A DNA stretch of 64,000 nt, taken from Microthyrium microscopicum (taxonomy: Eukaryota). Below the pieces are notes generated by a model. It was not told the origin of the DNA, did no database searches, and saw only the letters and a list, made by a program, of their open reading frames with translations. This document shows, in pieces, positions 24,552 through 37,182 of the stretch. The stretch spans positions 4,080,884 to 4,144,883 of the forward strand of contig MU004231.1 in assembly GCA_010405405.1 (NCBI GenBank), given 5' to 3'. Positions within the stretch are counted from its first letter, which is position 1, and the number at the start of each line of letters is the position of its first letter. Made by a program: the position numbers and the translations under genes.

Positions 24552-25580
24552 CTACTCTTCAACCGTATCAACAAACGAGTATCCCATCATTGCCTCGGGG
24601 TAGCGTGTTCCCGCCGGCTCACTCGCCTCACTCGCCTTTCGAATCTCACTGAGTTCCTCTTTTGTCAACTTAACCTCCAACGCGCCCATATTCTCCTTAA
24701 TGCGCTCCAAGTTCGTCGAACCCGGAATAGGAATCACATTATCGTCCTGCGCCAACAACCACGCAAGCGCCAGCTGAGTCGCCGTACACCCCTTGCTCTT
24801 CGCCATGCTCACAAACTTGTCCGAAAGCTCAATGTTCTTCTTAAAGTTCTCGCCCTGGAAGCGCGGCAGACCCTTGCGGAAATCATCATCCGGAAAATCG
24901 TCTGTGGATCGGGCTTTTGTGCCAATCATACCACGTCCCAGCGGAGAGTAGGCGACTACCGCGACGCCGAGTTCGCGCGCGGTCTTGAGGAGGTCGATCT
25001 CGGGCTTCTCAATGTCGAGTGAAAAGGGGCTATACTCGAGCTGCACGGCATCGATGTGGGCGATTTTGCAGGCGCGGCGGAGGGATGTGGCGGAACACTC
25101 GCTTAGACCGATGTACTTGATCTTTCCTTCCTTTTGAAGCTCTGCCATGGCGCGGACAGTTTGCTCAATTGGGACTTTAGGGTCCTGTCTGTGGCAGTAG
25201 TACAGATCAATATAATCGACATTGAGACGCTTCAGGGATTTGGCGCAGGCCTGTTTGGCGTACTCGGGCGAGCTGTTGACCCAGCGGTCACCGTTCTCAG
25301 AGCGGCCATTGGCGAATTTGGTAGCCAGGAAAATGTTGGCGCGCTTGTCGGGGTTGGCTTTGAACCATTTGCCTAGCAAGTCTTCGCTATCGCCGTACAT
25401 GTCGGCGCTGTCCCAATTGCGCTGGCCAAGGTCGTAGAGCTGGTCGAGCAAGGCGAGGCGTTCGTTGTCAGGCTTGATGGTTCCGTAGAATGCAGAGAGG
25501 CCCATGGCACCCCAGCCAATCGAGGTGACTTGGGGGCCATTTTTGCCGAGTTTGCGGGTTGGATAGGATGGGGACATCAT
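24552..25580 (-). CDS. Aldo-keto reductase (YakC-like)
   Basis: 'IGWGAMGLSAFYG', 'DSADMYGDSE', 'FLATKF', 'DYIDLYYCHR', 'VQLEYSPF', 'AYSPLGRG' and 'IPIPGST'. Confidence 0.95.
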   Translation of the reverse strand: MMSPSYPTRKLGKNGPQVTSIGWGAMGLSAFYGTIKPDNERLALLDQLYDLGQRNWDSADMYGDSEDLLGKWFKANPDKRANIFLATKFANGRSENGDRWVNSSPEYAKQACAKSLKRLNVDYIDLYYCHRQDPKVPIEQTVRAMAELQKEGKIKYIGLSECSATSLRRACKIAHIDAVQLEYSPFSLDIEKPEIDLLKTARELGVAVVAYSPLGRGMIGTKARSTDDFPDDDFRKGLPRFQGENFKKNIELSDKFVSMAKSKGCTATQLALAWLLAQDDNVIPIPGSTNLERIKENMGALEVKLTKEELSEIRKASEASEPAGTRYPEAMMGYSFVDTVEE

Positions 25581-25875
25581 GTTTTTGGAGTAATTGAGTT
25601 GATTGTTTGTTGGAAGGTCTGTGGCAAGTCAATGATGCTTTATATGATTTCATCGCTCCGTCCTAGGGGTGGGGAAGCTGAAGGAGCTGTGCGGAAACAA
25701 GGCTTAACCCCGATTTAGTACCAATGATGCTCGGAAATAAAGTCCGATATAGAGCTTGATGTCGACGCTGAGAAAAGATGCCGTCAGCTGCGCACGAGTA
25801 TTGAGTCCGTCTACTACGGTTGATGATTGACTTCGCACTTGATGACCAACGGATGTCTTGAACACGCTTCAAGTA

Positions 25876-26982
25876 TCATCGTTTTCTTCTGATGCCCGTT
25901 TTCCCCTTATTAGCTTGAATCAATGCCTTTAGCCATGGTGCAGTTGGTTCTCCTCTCAAAGAAACATTTGCGCTCTTCTGCAAAGGTTTGGTCAAGTCAT
26001 TTTGCTGTCGGCTAGCTATTGACCTTCTCAAAGCTGTAGCCCCAAGCACAGCGCCATTGACTGTCGCAGAGCCGATCCAACATAGCAAGAGACCAGCCGG
26101 AAACTGCATCGTCAATGGAGCCAGAGCCAGTGAGAGAGAGCGACCAATCTGAGTAAGTGCACTCGAAGACTGTTGTCCAAAGGAGCCAGGAAGAAAGGAC
26201 ACAGTCGCCAGAATTAATGACAGCAAGTGCGTCGGATCCGGCTGAAGCAGATCAGGAAACCAAAGAATCCCTTCCGTAGCCATCGAAGCCTCGAACCACG
26301 AAGGATGGAGATTTTTGGACCCTTCGGTGATAACTCCTATGCTGTAGAGCATGAGCCCAAGCAAGCCGTACTGGGCCCCAAGCATACAGCGAAGCATCTC
26401 CATCATTGCAAGCCAGGGGAAAAAGTTGAGAGCGATAGTGAAGGCCTTGCTGTTGAAGTTTTGCAAGATATATCGCTTCTGAGTAGCCTGGTGCCACTGC
26501 GTGATTTCTGATCTTGCAGATTGGAGGTCCTTCTTCTTGATTGGGTTCTGCTCTTTCTCCATCCGTTTGCCTAGAACTTCGCGCGCGCGCTCTTTGATCG
26601 CGAGCCAGTGTTTGGCTGCTGCATTTGTACTTTCGGGGGAGGCTTGTCGCTTGTGGTTGATATATGTAAAGGCGAGCCGTATTGCCATGGCGCAAACGGG
26701 AATGGCAAGACCCCATGACAGTCCAAGACTGTGAACGAATAGGAATAGTTCTCTGGATGGTACCATCAACAGGTCAAGTCCGTTGATAGAGTCTCTGATA
26801 GCTGGCTCAGTGATGGCTGTCTCGATTATGGCGGGCTGGACCTCGACTCTACGCGGTGAGGAAGATTGAAAGTTGCGAAGTTGATAGCGCTGTAGAGATC
26901 GCAACGGCGCAGAGGGACGCGTAAAGGAGGGGATTTTGCCATAGTACAGACTTCGACTACCGGGGAGTCTAGTCCTGAACAT
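25876..26982 (-). CDS. COX18: Mitochondrial Oxa1/YidC-family insertase (Cox18-like)
   Basis: Arg/Ser-rich presequence, 'HSLGLSWGLAIPVCAMAIR', 'TEGILWFPDLLQPDP' and 'PAGLLLCWIGS'. Confidence 0.8.
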   Translation of the reverse strand: MFRTRLPGSRSLYYGKIPSFTRPSAPLRSLQRYQLRNFQSSSPRRVEVQPAIIETAITEPAIRDSINGLDLLMVPSRELFLFVHSLGLSWGLAIPVCAMAIRLAFTYINHKRQASPESTNAAAKHWLAIKERAREVLGKRMEKEQNPIKKKDLQSARSEITQWHQATQKRYILQNFNSKAFTIALNFFPWLAMMEMLRCMLGAQYGLLGLMLYSIGVITEGSKNLHPSWFEASMATEGILWFPDLLQPDPTHLLSLILATVSFLPGSFGQQSSSALTQIGRSLSLALAPLTMQFPAGLLLCWIGSATVNGAVLGATALRRSIASRQQNDLTKPLQKSANVSLRGEPTAPWLKALIQANKGKTGIRRKR

Positions 26983-28268
26983 ATTTCCATCTTTCGAGAT
27001 ACCAATGGTGTTGTACTTTGAAGTTGCGAATCGAAGTTTCCAAAATCTCAAACTTCAATCAGGAGCTTTAAATAAGCGCTAACACCGTACGGGACTAGCG
27101 CATAATCTAGCATCACCACCTATTTTGTGCTTTCGCAGATTCTTCTTCCTTTCTTCTTCTTTTCCAGAAATTTGTCGCCCCTCAACCCTTGGACATGTTA
27201 TTTCGCTGTTGAATGTTCACATTCTTAGGGGGCGTATATTGACAACGTCTCTTTTCCCTCATCATTGCTCTTTGACATCACCAGTTGATCGCGATTTTGG
27301 GAAGATTGGCTCCATTCCAACAAACAACAACATCTGTTAATCGTGCAAGGAAAGCTTCATTTGATGCCATTTTGCATACGTTTCTGTAAGGTATAATCTT
27401 GTAGGTGTGTTATGCAAGCTTGAACACTGCAAAAGATGTTTCAAGCACTTGTACTATCCTGTCGTGAACTGCTCCACCACAACAGTCTCGTACGTCAATC
27501 AGCATGCAAAATGCAAACCGATTAACAGTTGACCGGCTATCATTCGGCGTACGAAACCGGCTACAAAAAATGGCGAAACAAACACAACATGCTGCGTCAA
27601 TAGCTTCTAGAAAGCAGTCCTGCTGCAAGCTGCAAATAGTGTCGTTTCGGGCATCTGCCGCCAGCCGGGCATACATGCCACGAAACACGTAATTCTTGTC
27701 AACATGTTAGCCAACGTGGCATTAGATCATTCCCAGCCTTGCTATTATCACTGTTCAGAGCTGAGCAAAGGGAACATGAAAGTAGTTGTAAAATTTTACA
27801 TTAAGATATTTGGTCTATTATCATTCATCAACATGTCTGGCAATGCACTTGGGCCAACCAGCAATCCAGAGTGCACACCTTTTCCTTCCAGCAAACTTTG
27901 CGCTTGCTGGCACAATCAACCTGCTCTCTCCCGGATTGCAAGCCAAATCTTGGTTGACGGAACTAATTATGCAATGCCGCGCTTTTGGTGCGCTACTAAT
28001 ATGCTTGATGAGCATTTGAGCCCATATTATGTACATTGAGGGTACTGGGGTATCTGAAACAAAGACTATTACGTTATGGATATTAAGACGTAAGGACGCA
28101 TCAGTCGTGATGCAAGTAAGGAGCGTGATAAAAGAGTGTCGTGATGAGTCGTAAAGAGTGCCGTCCAAGCAAGTCGCTGTGCTCGTGAATTGGTTTCGTA
28201 AGTTTTGTACATGGAAGTGATGTTAAGCAACGGTGGAACAAACTGTTCAGTAGTCGTGGAGGCATGTG

Positions 28269-29867
28269 TCACGAAATATCCGAGTTCTTGGTGAAAAGAC
28301 TGCCAAATTTGGTGAGGTCAATCAACTTGTTGGTAGACTGCTTTCGAGTTGGTGATGGATTTCTGCTTTGCTGCATTGGCGGTGACTGTGGCATTGGGCC
28401 GACAATGTCCTCGTCTCCAAGTTTCGGAAACTTTCCGTCCATGTAAGGATTCAAAGTTGGCATCCGAACTGATGCGTATCCTGATATATCGAGATGTATT
28501 GGCTTCACACCTTTCGCAAGAATTGAATTCCTGGTCTCGCATACACTTTGCGTCCACTCTGTCTTGATTTCTGACCATTTCTCCTCTGTCAGTCTAAATG
28601 TCATTGAGTTTGGACCGTAATGCTCCAAGGTACGCGCTTGATGTTTGCAGTATTCCGTTTGCGCCGACTCTTGATCTTGGAGGAGCTTTTGCCACGAGTC
28701 GAGATCCAACGTGTCTGGTATGTATGGCTCTGGAAGAATATCGAAATTGGCATGCCCCAACTTTCTAGACCATTTATCGGTCGGTTGAAGCATAAAACCT
28801 GGAAGCGCATCTATCGCGAGCCCACTATGCTTTTGGACGTACTGTATCGACGATACAGAGGATTTTTTGGAGACGGCCGGAGCAAACCCCTCGTGTACTG
28901 ACCTGGAGCCATCAGAGGTCGCCATGCTTACTCGAGACCATGGTTGGTTGATGGCGGCAAAACTGGGAGACTGTAATGGACTTGGAACGATCGCCGGTTC
29001 CAATATTGGCTTTTCCATTTTCGGTGGAAGAAGTGGAGTCGAATTGAGCTTTTTTCGGTCGTATGGCTCCTGCTCACCTCCCTCAGGAAAAGTTGCAATG
29101 TCGAAAGGAGACACTGGTGGGCTTGTTTCGAATGCCCAGTTGGCCTGTCGTTGCAAAGAAGCTGTTGATAAATTCACGCCGATATCTTGTCTGTTTGCGC
29201 TTGCGAATGATGAAGACCTGCTCGAAACGGTGGGTGCCGAATCCACGGTGGGGTTGGTAGATTGCGAGCTATTCTTGCGATGTCTCCGACGCATGAAGGT
29301 CGGAATGAACTTGGATGAAAATGAAGACGAGGTATCTCCAGATCGATGGCGCTTATGGGCACTGTATTCTTGGTCTGTTGGGGGGATGAAATCATTGGCA
29401 TGGAAGTGGTCAGAAAAGTTGTAGTCAATCTGCGCCGAGGTGGGCGCAGAAGATGATTGACCCGCATGCGAGGGACGGGCGGCTGTGGAGGGTAACGAGG
29501 GTTTGGGCGGACTCATTGGTGTTATTGCGTCGTGCAACGTTCTGTTCTCAGTTGCATCGTGGTATCTTGATGTCTCTTCGGAGAGGCGGGGCATCGCCCC
29601 TGTGGTAGTAGAGAAATCTGTGGTAGGGCTGGAACAAGAAGACTGCGTGAAGCTAGAATTACCGCTGTTGAAACTTGAGCTTCCAGAGAGTGAGTACAAA
29701 GGAGTAGGCGGAAGAGATGTATCAAAGTAAAACGTAGAGTTATTTGCGCATGGAGGAGCAGGGAACAGGAAATCCGACTGGTTTGTGGTAGTTGTTTGGA
29801 TCTCGTGAGCGGAACCTTCAGCCTTCGCTACCAAATGTGCGAAAATGAGGGGCTCAGGACGAGACAT
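28269..29867 (-). CDS. Conserved-looking fungal Ser/Pro-rich hypothetical protein
   Basis: 532-aa intronless ORF, mostly low complexity, with ordered-looking C-terminal blocks 'WSRKLGHANFDILPEPY', 'EHYGPNSMTFRLTEEKW' and 'GKFPKLGDEDIVGPM'. Confidence 0.85.
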   Translation of the reverse strand: MSRPEPLIFAHLVAKAEGSAHEIQTTTTNQSDFLFPAPPCANNSTFYFDTSLPPTPLYSLSGSSSFNSGNSSFTQSSCSSPTTDFSTTTGAMPRLSEETSRYHDATENRTLHDAITPMSPPKPSLPSTAARPSHAGQSSSAPTSAQIDYNFSDHFHANDFIPPTDQEYSAHKRHRSGDTSSSFSSKFIPTFMRRRHRKNSSQSTNPTVDSAPTVSSRSSSFASANRQDIGVNLSTASLQRQANWAFETSPPVSPFDIATFPEGGEQEPYDRKKLNSTPLLPPKMEKPILEPAIVPSPLQSPSFAAINQPWSRVSMATSDGSRSVHEGFAPAVSKKSSVSSIQYVQKHSGLAIDALPGFMLQPTDKWSRKLGHANFDILPEPYIPDTLDLDSWQKLLQDQESAQTEYCKHQARTLEHYGPNSMTFRLTEEKWSEIKTEWTQSVCETRNSILAKGVKPIHLDISGYASVRMPTLNPYMDGKFPKLGDEDIVGPMPQSPPMQQSRNPSPTRKQSTNKLIDLTKFGSLFTKNSDIS

Positions 29868-32800
29868 GGTTGGATTTGATCAAACTGTAGTTCTCCGTTT
29901 TACGAATCGCAAGTGGTGGTAACGAGGATCCCATGCCCTTTTAAAGTCAAAACAACGTGGCGGTACAAGTAAAGTCGAAGTCCTGTTTAGGAAGTTGAAA
30001 AGTCAGATAGGTAACAAGATGCCGATGGGGGAATCGGGAAAATCGAGGAGACCGTTATGGTGATTGCTGTATGGAACCAAGCAGAGGAGCGAAAGTCCGA
30101 ATAGAGGATCGTGTGCAAGAGCAATTGGTGCCGCAGAGTTGTGCCACCAGGGAATTGGTCCACGTCTTCGTCAGGTAACAGGTAAGTCGTTGGTGAAAAT
30201 TCCTCGTCCAGATGCCCAAAGTGGCAATGGGAGTAGAGTGAGATGATAGTCCCAAAATGCTCACATGAAATTAGGATGCCATCAGCATAGTAAGTAGTGG
30301 TTTGCAGTCCAAGTTTTGGAGGCTGAGATGCCTGTTGGTGATCGTAAGAGGTAATATAAGTTGTAGCAAGTGGTTGGGTGGGCAACAGGTGCGAAACGTA
30401 ACGTTCAAGGATATAATCCTAGAGCTACCTATCATAGAGGTGTTGGTATCCTAAAGTTACGAGTTGTTCCAGAGATCAATAGGCTGGCAGAGAAGAGTGT
30501 TTTGAGAGAGAAGCTGGAAGGAAAGTTTGCAGAGGATAGCGAAGGAAGTCAACAAAGTTTGATTTTTGGTGGTGAGGCGGAGCTAGGAAAGGGCGTTGTA
30601 GAAAAGTTGGTTTTGGGAAGGCGGGGGACGTGGTTGTGGAAAGCGCGATGGGTAAGCACCATAAAAAGGAAACCGCGACAGGGAAAGAAGAAGGCGCGAC
30701 TCTTTCTTTTCTTGTTAGTGTTACTGACTGCCAGACTCCCAGGGCAGTCTGCAACAATAAATCCCACTGGAGGCGATTTCTGAATTGAGGCCTGAAACTT
30801 GTACAGTTGTAGCCAGTTTACAAGTCCTCTACCGTTCAGTTTGTTGTTGGTTGTTGCAACTTGTTCCAAGAAAGGTCGACGACTCAACCTCAAGTTTCAA
30901 CTTGCTAACCCAGCATGCAGATTTCTTGTCAATCAATAGCAAACCTTCGCAAAGGCACCTAGGTGTTTTACCAGTGTCCTAGTGGGCAGCAACAAAAGAT
31001 ATCGTTTGTCAGGAGAAAATCGGAACCGTGCAGGTTCAAAAAGAATGTCTGTATTGCTGTAGATGTGCATGAAAAGAGCGTCTGTAGTGACAAAGAAGAG
31101 CCTGAAGCCAAAAGAAAGTCTGCTTCAAATCCTGCAGTCCTCGGATACTTGCCCAACATCTACGACTTATGTACCAAGTAGGATAGGCATAAGTATCAGG
31201 TCGCCCAAAGCATGGATTACATCACAGACATTTTCTCCCCCCAGCCTCAGCCGTCACCCAGGTTTGACTCTGAATTCTTTGTTGAGACTAAACCGATCTC
31301 CGTCTTCTCGTCTGTTCTTCCCTGCCATTGACCGGGTTCTGTCCTTCCAGCTTGGATTCTGGAAGACAAGGAGCCATCAAGATTTTGATGATGGCCGCGG
31401 GTGATGAGAAGGCCTTACAGCCACCAAATGAGAACCTGTCAAGCACATGTCAAACTAACAGGTAGCTCCCCAGCGATTGCTGATCCCTGTCTATGTTGCT
31501 TTCCAACCCCATCAGGCTGTTTCGCCCTTTCCATCGATCGTTTTGTTTCGTTCCTTTCTAAATTCTCATGGTTCAAGCTCTTCCAAGGTCGCGTCCATGG
31601 ACTTTGCATGCCCTCTTCGCTTTGAAATTCCTTGACCGCACTTCTATGCCGCCGCCGAGAGTAACGCTTTGTGCCTATGAGCTAGGTAATTGATACATGA
31701 GCCCAGCGGATCCTATTCCGAACACGAGGCCATTTCCCGGTTGTTACACCCAGACAACACAGGCCCCGAGAAGCAAAGCTGGCTAGCGTGTGGTATGCCC
31801 ATTGAATGCAAAGACATGCAGACGTAAAAAAAAAACACCTGTAACGAGAAACAGACTGCCCTCTCAAAGCTCCATATGTTTTGAAACGAATGACACGCGC
31901 TGCAGACTACCACTTTGGGGATTTATATTGCCGATTATGGACAACAGCCTTCTGGCCAATGTTATATATTGCTTATTCAAGCTTTTCTTGCAATTCAGAA
32001 ACAAACGGAAAAGCGCCTATTATTTCCAAAGTCCAAACTCCACTGACCAACCTAGCGTTCTCCGCTTTCCTGGGGGTGATGCTCTGTGTTATGCCGGCAT
32101 GCTCTACTACTCTCTGCCCAGCCAGAGTGAGTACTTCTTTATTCCTCAGAGCATTCTTTCAAGCGCTCTTCCCAGCAAGCTAAATGCAACAATTTATAGC
32201 TTCGAATCGACTACCAATGTCTATTCTAAGATTGATTGATGCCACCGCGCCTTTCGCTTTGTTTTCCAAGTATAAATGTAGCATACACTTTCAGAACAAT
32301 CGCTCCTAACCAATGACAACCCCGTTCCTGATATTTTCTGCAACTTTTAGCGATCGCCTCACGCCTGTCAAACTCAAAAATCCCACGCCGCTCGACCGTT
32401 GACTTTGTTTGCGTCGCGTGTTCTCCAACGCCTCCAGCACCTCCATTGGCCAATTCCCCATCCAAGGCTTTTATGCCACCACAGAACTCGCGCTGACAGC
32501 AACCTGCGCTCGGATCTCTTGAATGCCCAGCAAGGCTGACGGCCTGATGGTGCGACTCGGCCCAGCCTCTTGCCATTTGAAGGTATTTTGACGTTGAAAC
32601 ATGTTCAACTCGCCTGGAACATATAGGCGAAAGAAAAGTTGCGTCATGATTGATATATTTTACCCAGGTTGGAAGGCTGTGTCGCGTGGTTTAGGAGCAT
32701 TCGGACTAATGTCCTTGTGGCAGATCCATGATAGTGTTGAAGGCTTTTCGCGGTCAACCGGGCTAGGATATTTTTTTTCACAGTTCTGTGGAGAGTATCT

Positions 32801-33894
32801 GCATCAGGGATGGATTTCCAATGATGCTTCTTTCGGACCGTTCACCTTAAACAGAATCCGGTGTGTGGAGTTGTTAAAATCTGATCCTGGCATACCTGGG
32901 GCTAAAGGCCTGACCAGTTGGAAAGGGTATTCGCAATGGGGATATCTTCGTTCTTGCCACTTTGGTACTTCGTACATTCACTTATTAGCTTTGTTATATG
33001 CAGTACACCCGGCTGATGGATATGTGAACGCGCTCAATCACGATCATTCATCAAAACAAATATCAAGCGCATTGATACTAGTTGCAGCACCTTTGTGTAC
33101 GTGTAGGAACACAAACATTCTGAAGTGCAATTTTAATATGCATGCATAACGCAAGTCAGCAATGGGTCTAGGTGCCCACGTGCCGTAAAGCCAACACAAC
33201 AATAGACGCATGTCAACCGTCGGCTTTGGCCGATTGAAGTGGAGTTGATGCGCGCAAAATAGGAATGCTCTTCTAGGAATCCCATCATGACCAGGTGGGC
33301 TAGGATAGAAGACTTATGTAGAGAAAAGAAGTAAAAAGCTTAAATTCTCAGCCTAACAAGGAACTATACAGCCAATTGGAGATTTTTCTGTTCCTGGAAC
33401 TAAAATAACTGGAGAATAGCTACCTTGTTAGCCAAGCTAGGATTTGGGGATATTGCTGGGATGTAGCTATAATGTAATTTCGGCTCTTTGGGCGGTATGA
33501 ATCGCGTTTATTGACATTGACGCGATGAAAAGCTGATGTACACTTTGACCAGTTTACGTGGTAGCTGGGAGAAACTGTTCAGATAGTCGTTTCTTACTCG
33601 ACCGGTAAATTTGACCTGTGACAAAGGTTAATTGTCCTTGGATGTATTCAATTTTCTTGAAGTAATTGTAGTAGTATGGATCCATTATAAGACTTGTCAC
33701 TGGTCAATCGCCGGTCCTTTAGGGTACTATACGGAGCTTTACTCAATATCAAGTACTATCAGTCTACGTAATAAGTAATATCATGTTATTGCTAATAATC
33801 TTAATTCAACATCAGTTTGGTCAAACTGCCACATCTACAATGCTTAGTACTTCTGAAAGAGCACAATGGCGAAAACCAGGAGAAAAATACAAAG

Positions 33895-35579
33895 ATGATG
33901 TTAGTGCTCTTTTTTCTTGCTACATTGTTCTTGACGGTTAATGGTGCCTCTCTGGATGATCCCATTGTTCGACTCGATTATGGCCAATTTCAAGGAAAAT
34001 ACAGCAGACCGTACGACATAAACTATTTCCGTCGCATTCCATATGCAGCTCCTCCAACTGGACAAGGACGATTTGCGGCACCGCAACCCCCTGAGAAAAT
34101 AAATGGAACATATGACACTGATCGCGACTTTCCTGGCTGTCCACAAGGAGCAGATGCTGGCTCAGAGGATTGTCTTTACTTGGGACTATACTCAAAGCCA
34201 TGGACTAATACGACTGCGCTGAGACCGGTGGTAGTATTTCTCCATGGAGGTGGATGGATCCGAGGCTCTGCTTCTTTAAAAATACCGCCGCAGGGATTTC
34301 CTACGTTGAATGTTAGCTCGCTGAACGATTTTATTGTTGTACATCCTAACTTTCGAGTGAATGTGTTTGGATTGTTGCCGGGGAAGAGAATCAAGCAGTG
34401 TAAGGACTGTGCTTTGAATCCTGGATTGCTGGATCAAGAACTTGCTTTGAAATGGGTTCAGCAAAACATCGCAAAGTTGGTTCTTAATCTTCATCATCTT
34501 CGACATTCAGGCTGACTTCCTCCAGGTTCGGAGGTGACCCGAAACAAGTGACTCTCTGGGGACAATCTTCCGGTGGCGGAGGTGTCGTCTCCCAAGTGTT
34601 GGCACAATCTTCTAGAAAAGGCAAGAAGCTATTCCAAAGGGCTATCATGAGTTCTCCATACTATCCTCGAACTTACAGGTATGACTCTGCCGAAGCCGAG
34701 AAGTTATACAACGATATGGTTCAACGAACAGGCTGCGCTGGAGCCGGCGATACCTTGCATTGTCTGAGGACGATGAATTTTAGAGTAATACAACAAGCCG
34801 CGTTTAACATGACGAACGAATATCAAAAATCCAGCGCCTCATTCACTTGGGGACCTGTAATTGACGATAGCTTCTTGGTCGAAAATTTGAGCCAAGTAGC
34901 ATCCAATAACAATCTCAACATTGAGCATGCTTGGGGAATATACAATACTCGCGAAGGTCAGAACTTTGTACCATCGGGTTTCAAGTCTACCAATGGGACT
35001 GTTTGGAACTCTACTGAGGCATCACTGGATCATTGGATCAAGACTTGGATGCCAAAGTTCAATTCGACTGTTTCTAGAGAACTGAAAACAATATACCCAG
35101 AGCTGGGCGAGGCAGAAACATTTGGCTTTGATACTGTGTACGACAGGGTGGCGCTAATGTACCGCGATGTCTTCCTCTCCTGTCCAGATCTCTGGGTTGC
35201 GAAAGGGGCCAATCAATCTGGCTACATCTCGGAGTATACTATAGCACCAGCAGTGCACGCTTCAGATGTTGCATATGTGAGTGTATGACAGGCAAAATCT
35301 AAGACGAATCTGACCCAAAACCTTCAGTGGAATACAATCAATGCTCGACAGCAGCGCAGTAGAGGAGTATATCTGTCCTTTGTTGGTGGCCTCGCCAGTT
35401 TCATACAAACCGGCAATCCAAATCGCAACAACGAGGGCATTACGGCGCCGATACCGAAGGTAGATGCCAATCAGATATGGTTGATTGAGGAAGATGCTGG
35501 TTTACACCGCACGCCTATCGATCCATTGGTCAAAAGATGCGAATTTTGGCAGAAGTATGGATCGTTGGTACCAATATGA
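33895..35579 (+). CDS. Secreted type-B carboxylesterase/lipase
   Basis: Signal peptide, 'RIPYAAPPTG..RFAAPQPP', 'SEDCLYL', 'VVVFLHGGG', 'NPGLLDQELALKWVQQNI', nucleophile elbow WGQSSG and catalytic 'AVHASD'. Two introns. Confidence 0.93.
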
Positions 35580-35603
35580 ATGGAATGCGAAAAGTCTAAA
35601 TCT

Positions 35604-36617
35604 CTATGCTTTCGGCGAAAGCACCTCTTTGATTGTCTTGATATCGTCTGGCGTAGTCCGACAACAACCTCCTATCAGCTTGGCACCACGAGCATGCCAG
35701 TTTTGAACCCATTGAGCCAATTGAAGATTTTCTGTTGCCTCTCCTTTCCACTCCTTGGAACTGGGATCGTAGTCTTCTCCTGAATTTGGGTAAGCGATGA
35801 GTGTTCTTGTGAATTTCTTGGAAAGGGTTTCAAGTGCTCCGTCAACGAGATCTGGCCGAACACAATTGATTCCTGCAGCGATGACTTGAGGTCGAGTTTC
35901 CAGTAACGATGCAACAGTGGCCAAAGATGTACCGTCACTGATATGGGACTCATCCTTCAAGGTAAAAGAGAACCATGCTCTGGCGTCTGAGTATTCCTCA
36001 AGTAGCGATAGCAGAGCCTCTGTTTCTTGATATGATGGAATCGTTTCGCACGCCAAAAGATCCACACCAGACTCGAGGAGTGTTTCCATTCGTGGTCGAT
36101 GGAAATTAGTCATCTCATCCAAAGATAAGGAGTACTCTCCCGTATATTCAGCACCGTTGGCCAAATATGCCCCGTGTGGACCAATAGATCCAGCTATAAA
36201 GCAATATCTTGTGGGATCTTGAACAATCATCGCTTTTTTCGCCTCATTGGCCAGCTCCACGCTCTTTCGGATCAAGCTTTGTGCCTCCCCAAGAGTGAAG
36301 CCTTCATCTTGTAGCCCGAGAGTGGATGCTTGATAGCTAGACGTAGTTACAATATCAGCTCCTACATCTGGTCAACACTGAAACGCAAGGAGCAACATGG
36401 AGGCTCCTCTTTTAAGAGCCCGAACAGTTTTCAAAATGTCCTTACCTGACTGATAGTACATTAGGTGAACTTGCGAGATGATCTCTGGGTTTTCAATGAG
36501 AACTTTGGCAGACCATAATTTGCAATTAAGATCACAGCCTCGCCGCTCGAGCTCAGTTGCAAGAGCGCCGTCGATGGTTACTGACGAATGGTCTTTGATG
36601 TATTGCTCAATATTCAT
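35604..36617 (-). CDS. Homocysteine S-methyltransferase (MmuM/Sam4/Mht1 family)
   Basis: 'IDGALATELERRG..LWSA', 'AGSIGPHGAYLANGAEYTG', 'LACETIP', 'GINC', 'YPNSGE' and 'IGGCCRTTP'. One intron. Confidence 0.95.
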
Positions 36618-37182
36618 TTTGCCAGAAAGAACTGTAGCCTAAGGCCTTGGTGGATTAATTGACTTATTATCAAAGCACATGGCACCGCAAAAGAGTACCT
36701 ACGAAGGTTGGAGTTTTCTAATGACGTTAGCCCTTGGCCCCTTGTTCAAAGACAGGAGTTAAAACTCGGTCCACAACAAATCTTACCGGTAACATGGAAA
36801 GCCTAGAACTTTCTCATCAGCTGGACACAACTGTATTATACCTTTCGTCTCTTTGACTTCCAACGCCCTTGTCATACACAATGCATTGAAGTATCCCTTT
36901 GTTGGCTTTTGAGAATGACGCTGGCTTACCGAAACGCAGTTCAACAATGGCTCTTCAACAAAGAACCAACTAACAGGCACTTCTACTTGTAGACCCGTCC
37001 AATCTTCAATGGGTTTGTTTCCAATCAATCACAAACTCATCGACATCCGAATCCTTCATAGCTCATACCTGATTCATCATCCAGTCATACGGTAGATTCA
37101 CGTATTGATCTGCTGGCAGGTCGTATTCTAGTATCATAACAACCACTCAACTTCATCACTTTACCATCCATCAAACCAAAAG

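Noticed and set aside
29987..33149. Several 100-180-aa ORFs upstream of the Ser/Pro-rich gene
   Set aside because: Overlapping in multiple frames, mostly non-ATG starts and no recognisable motifs. More likely a long regulatory/UTR region.
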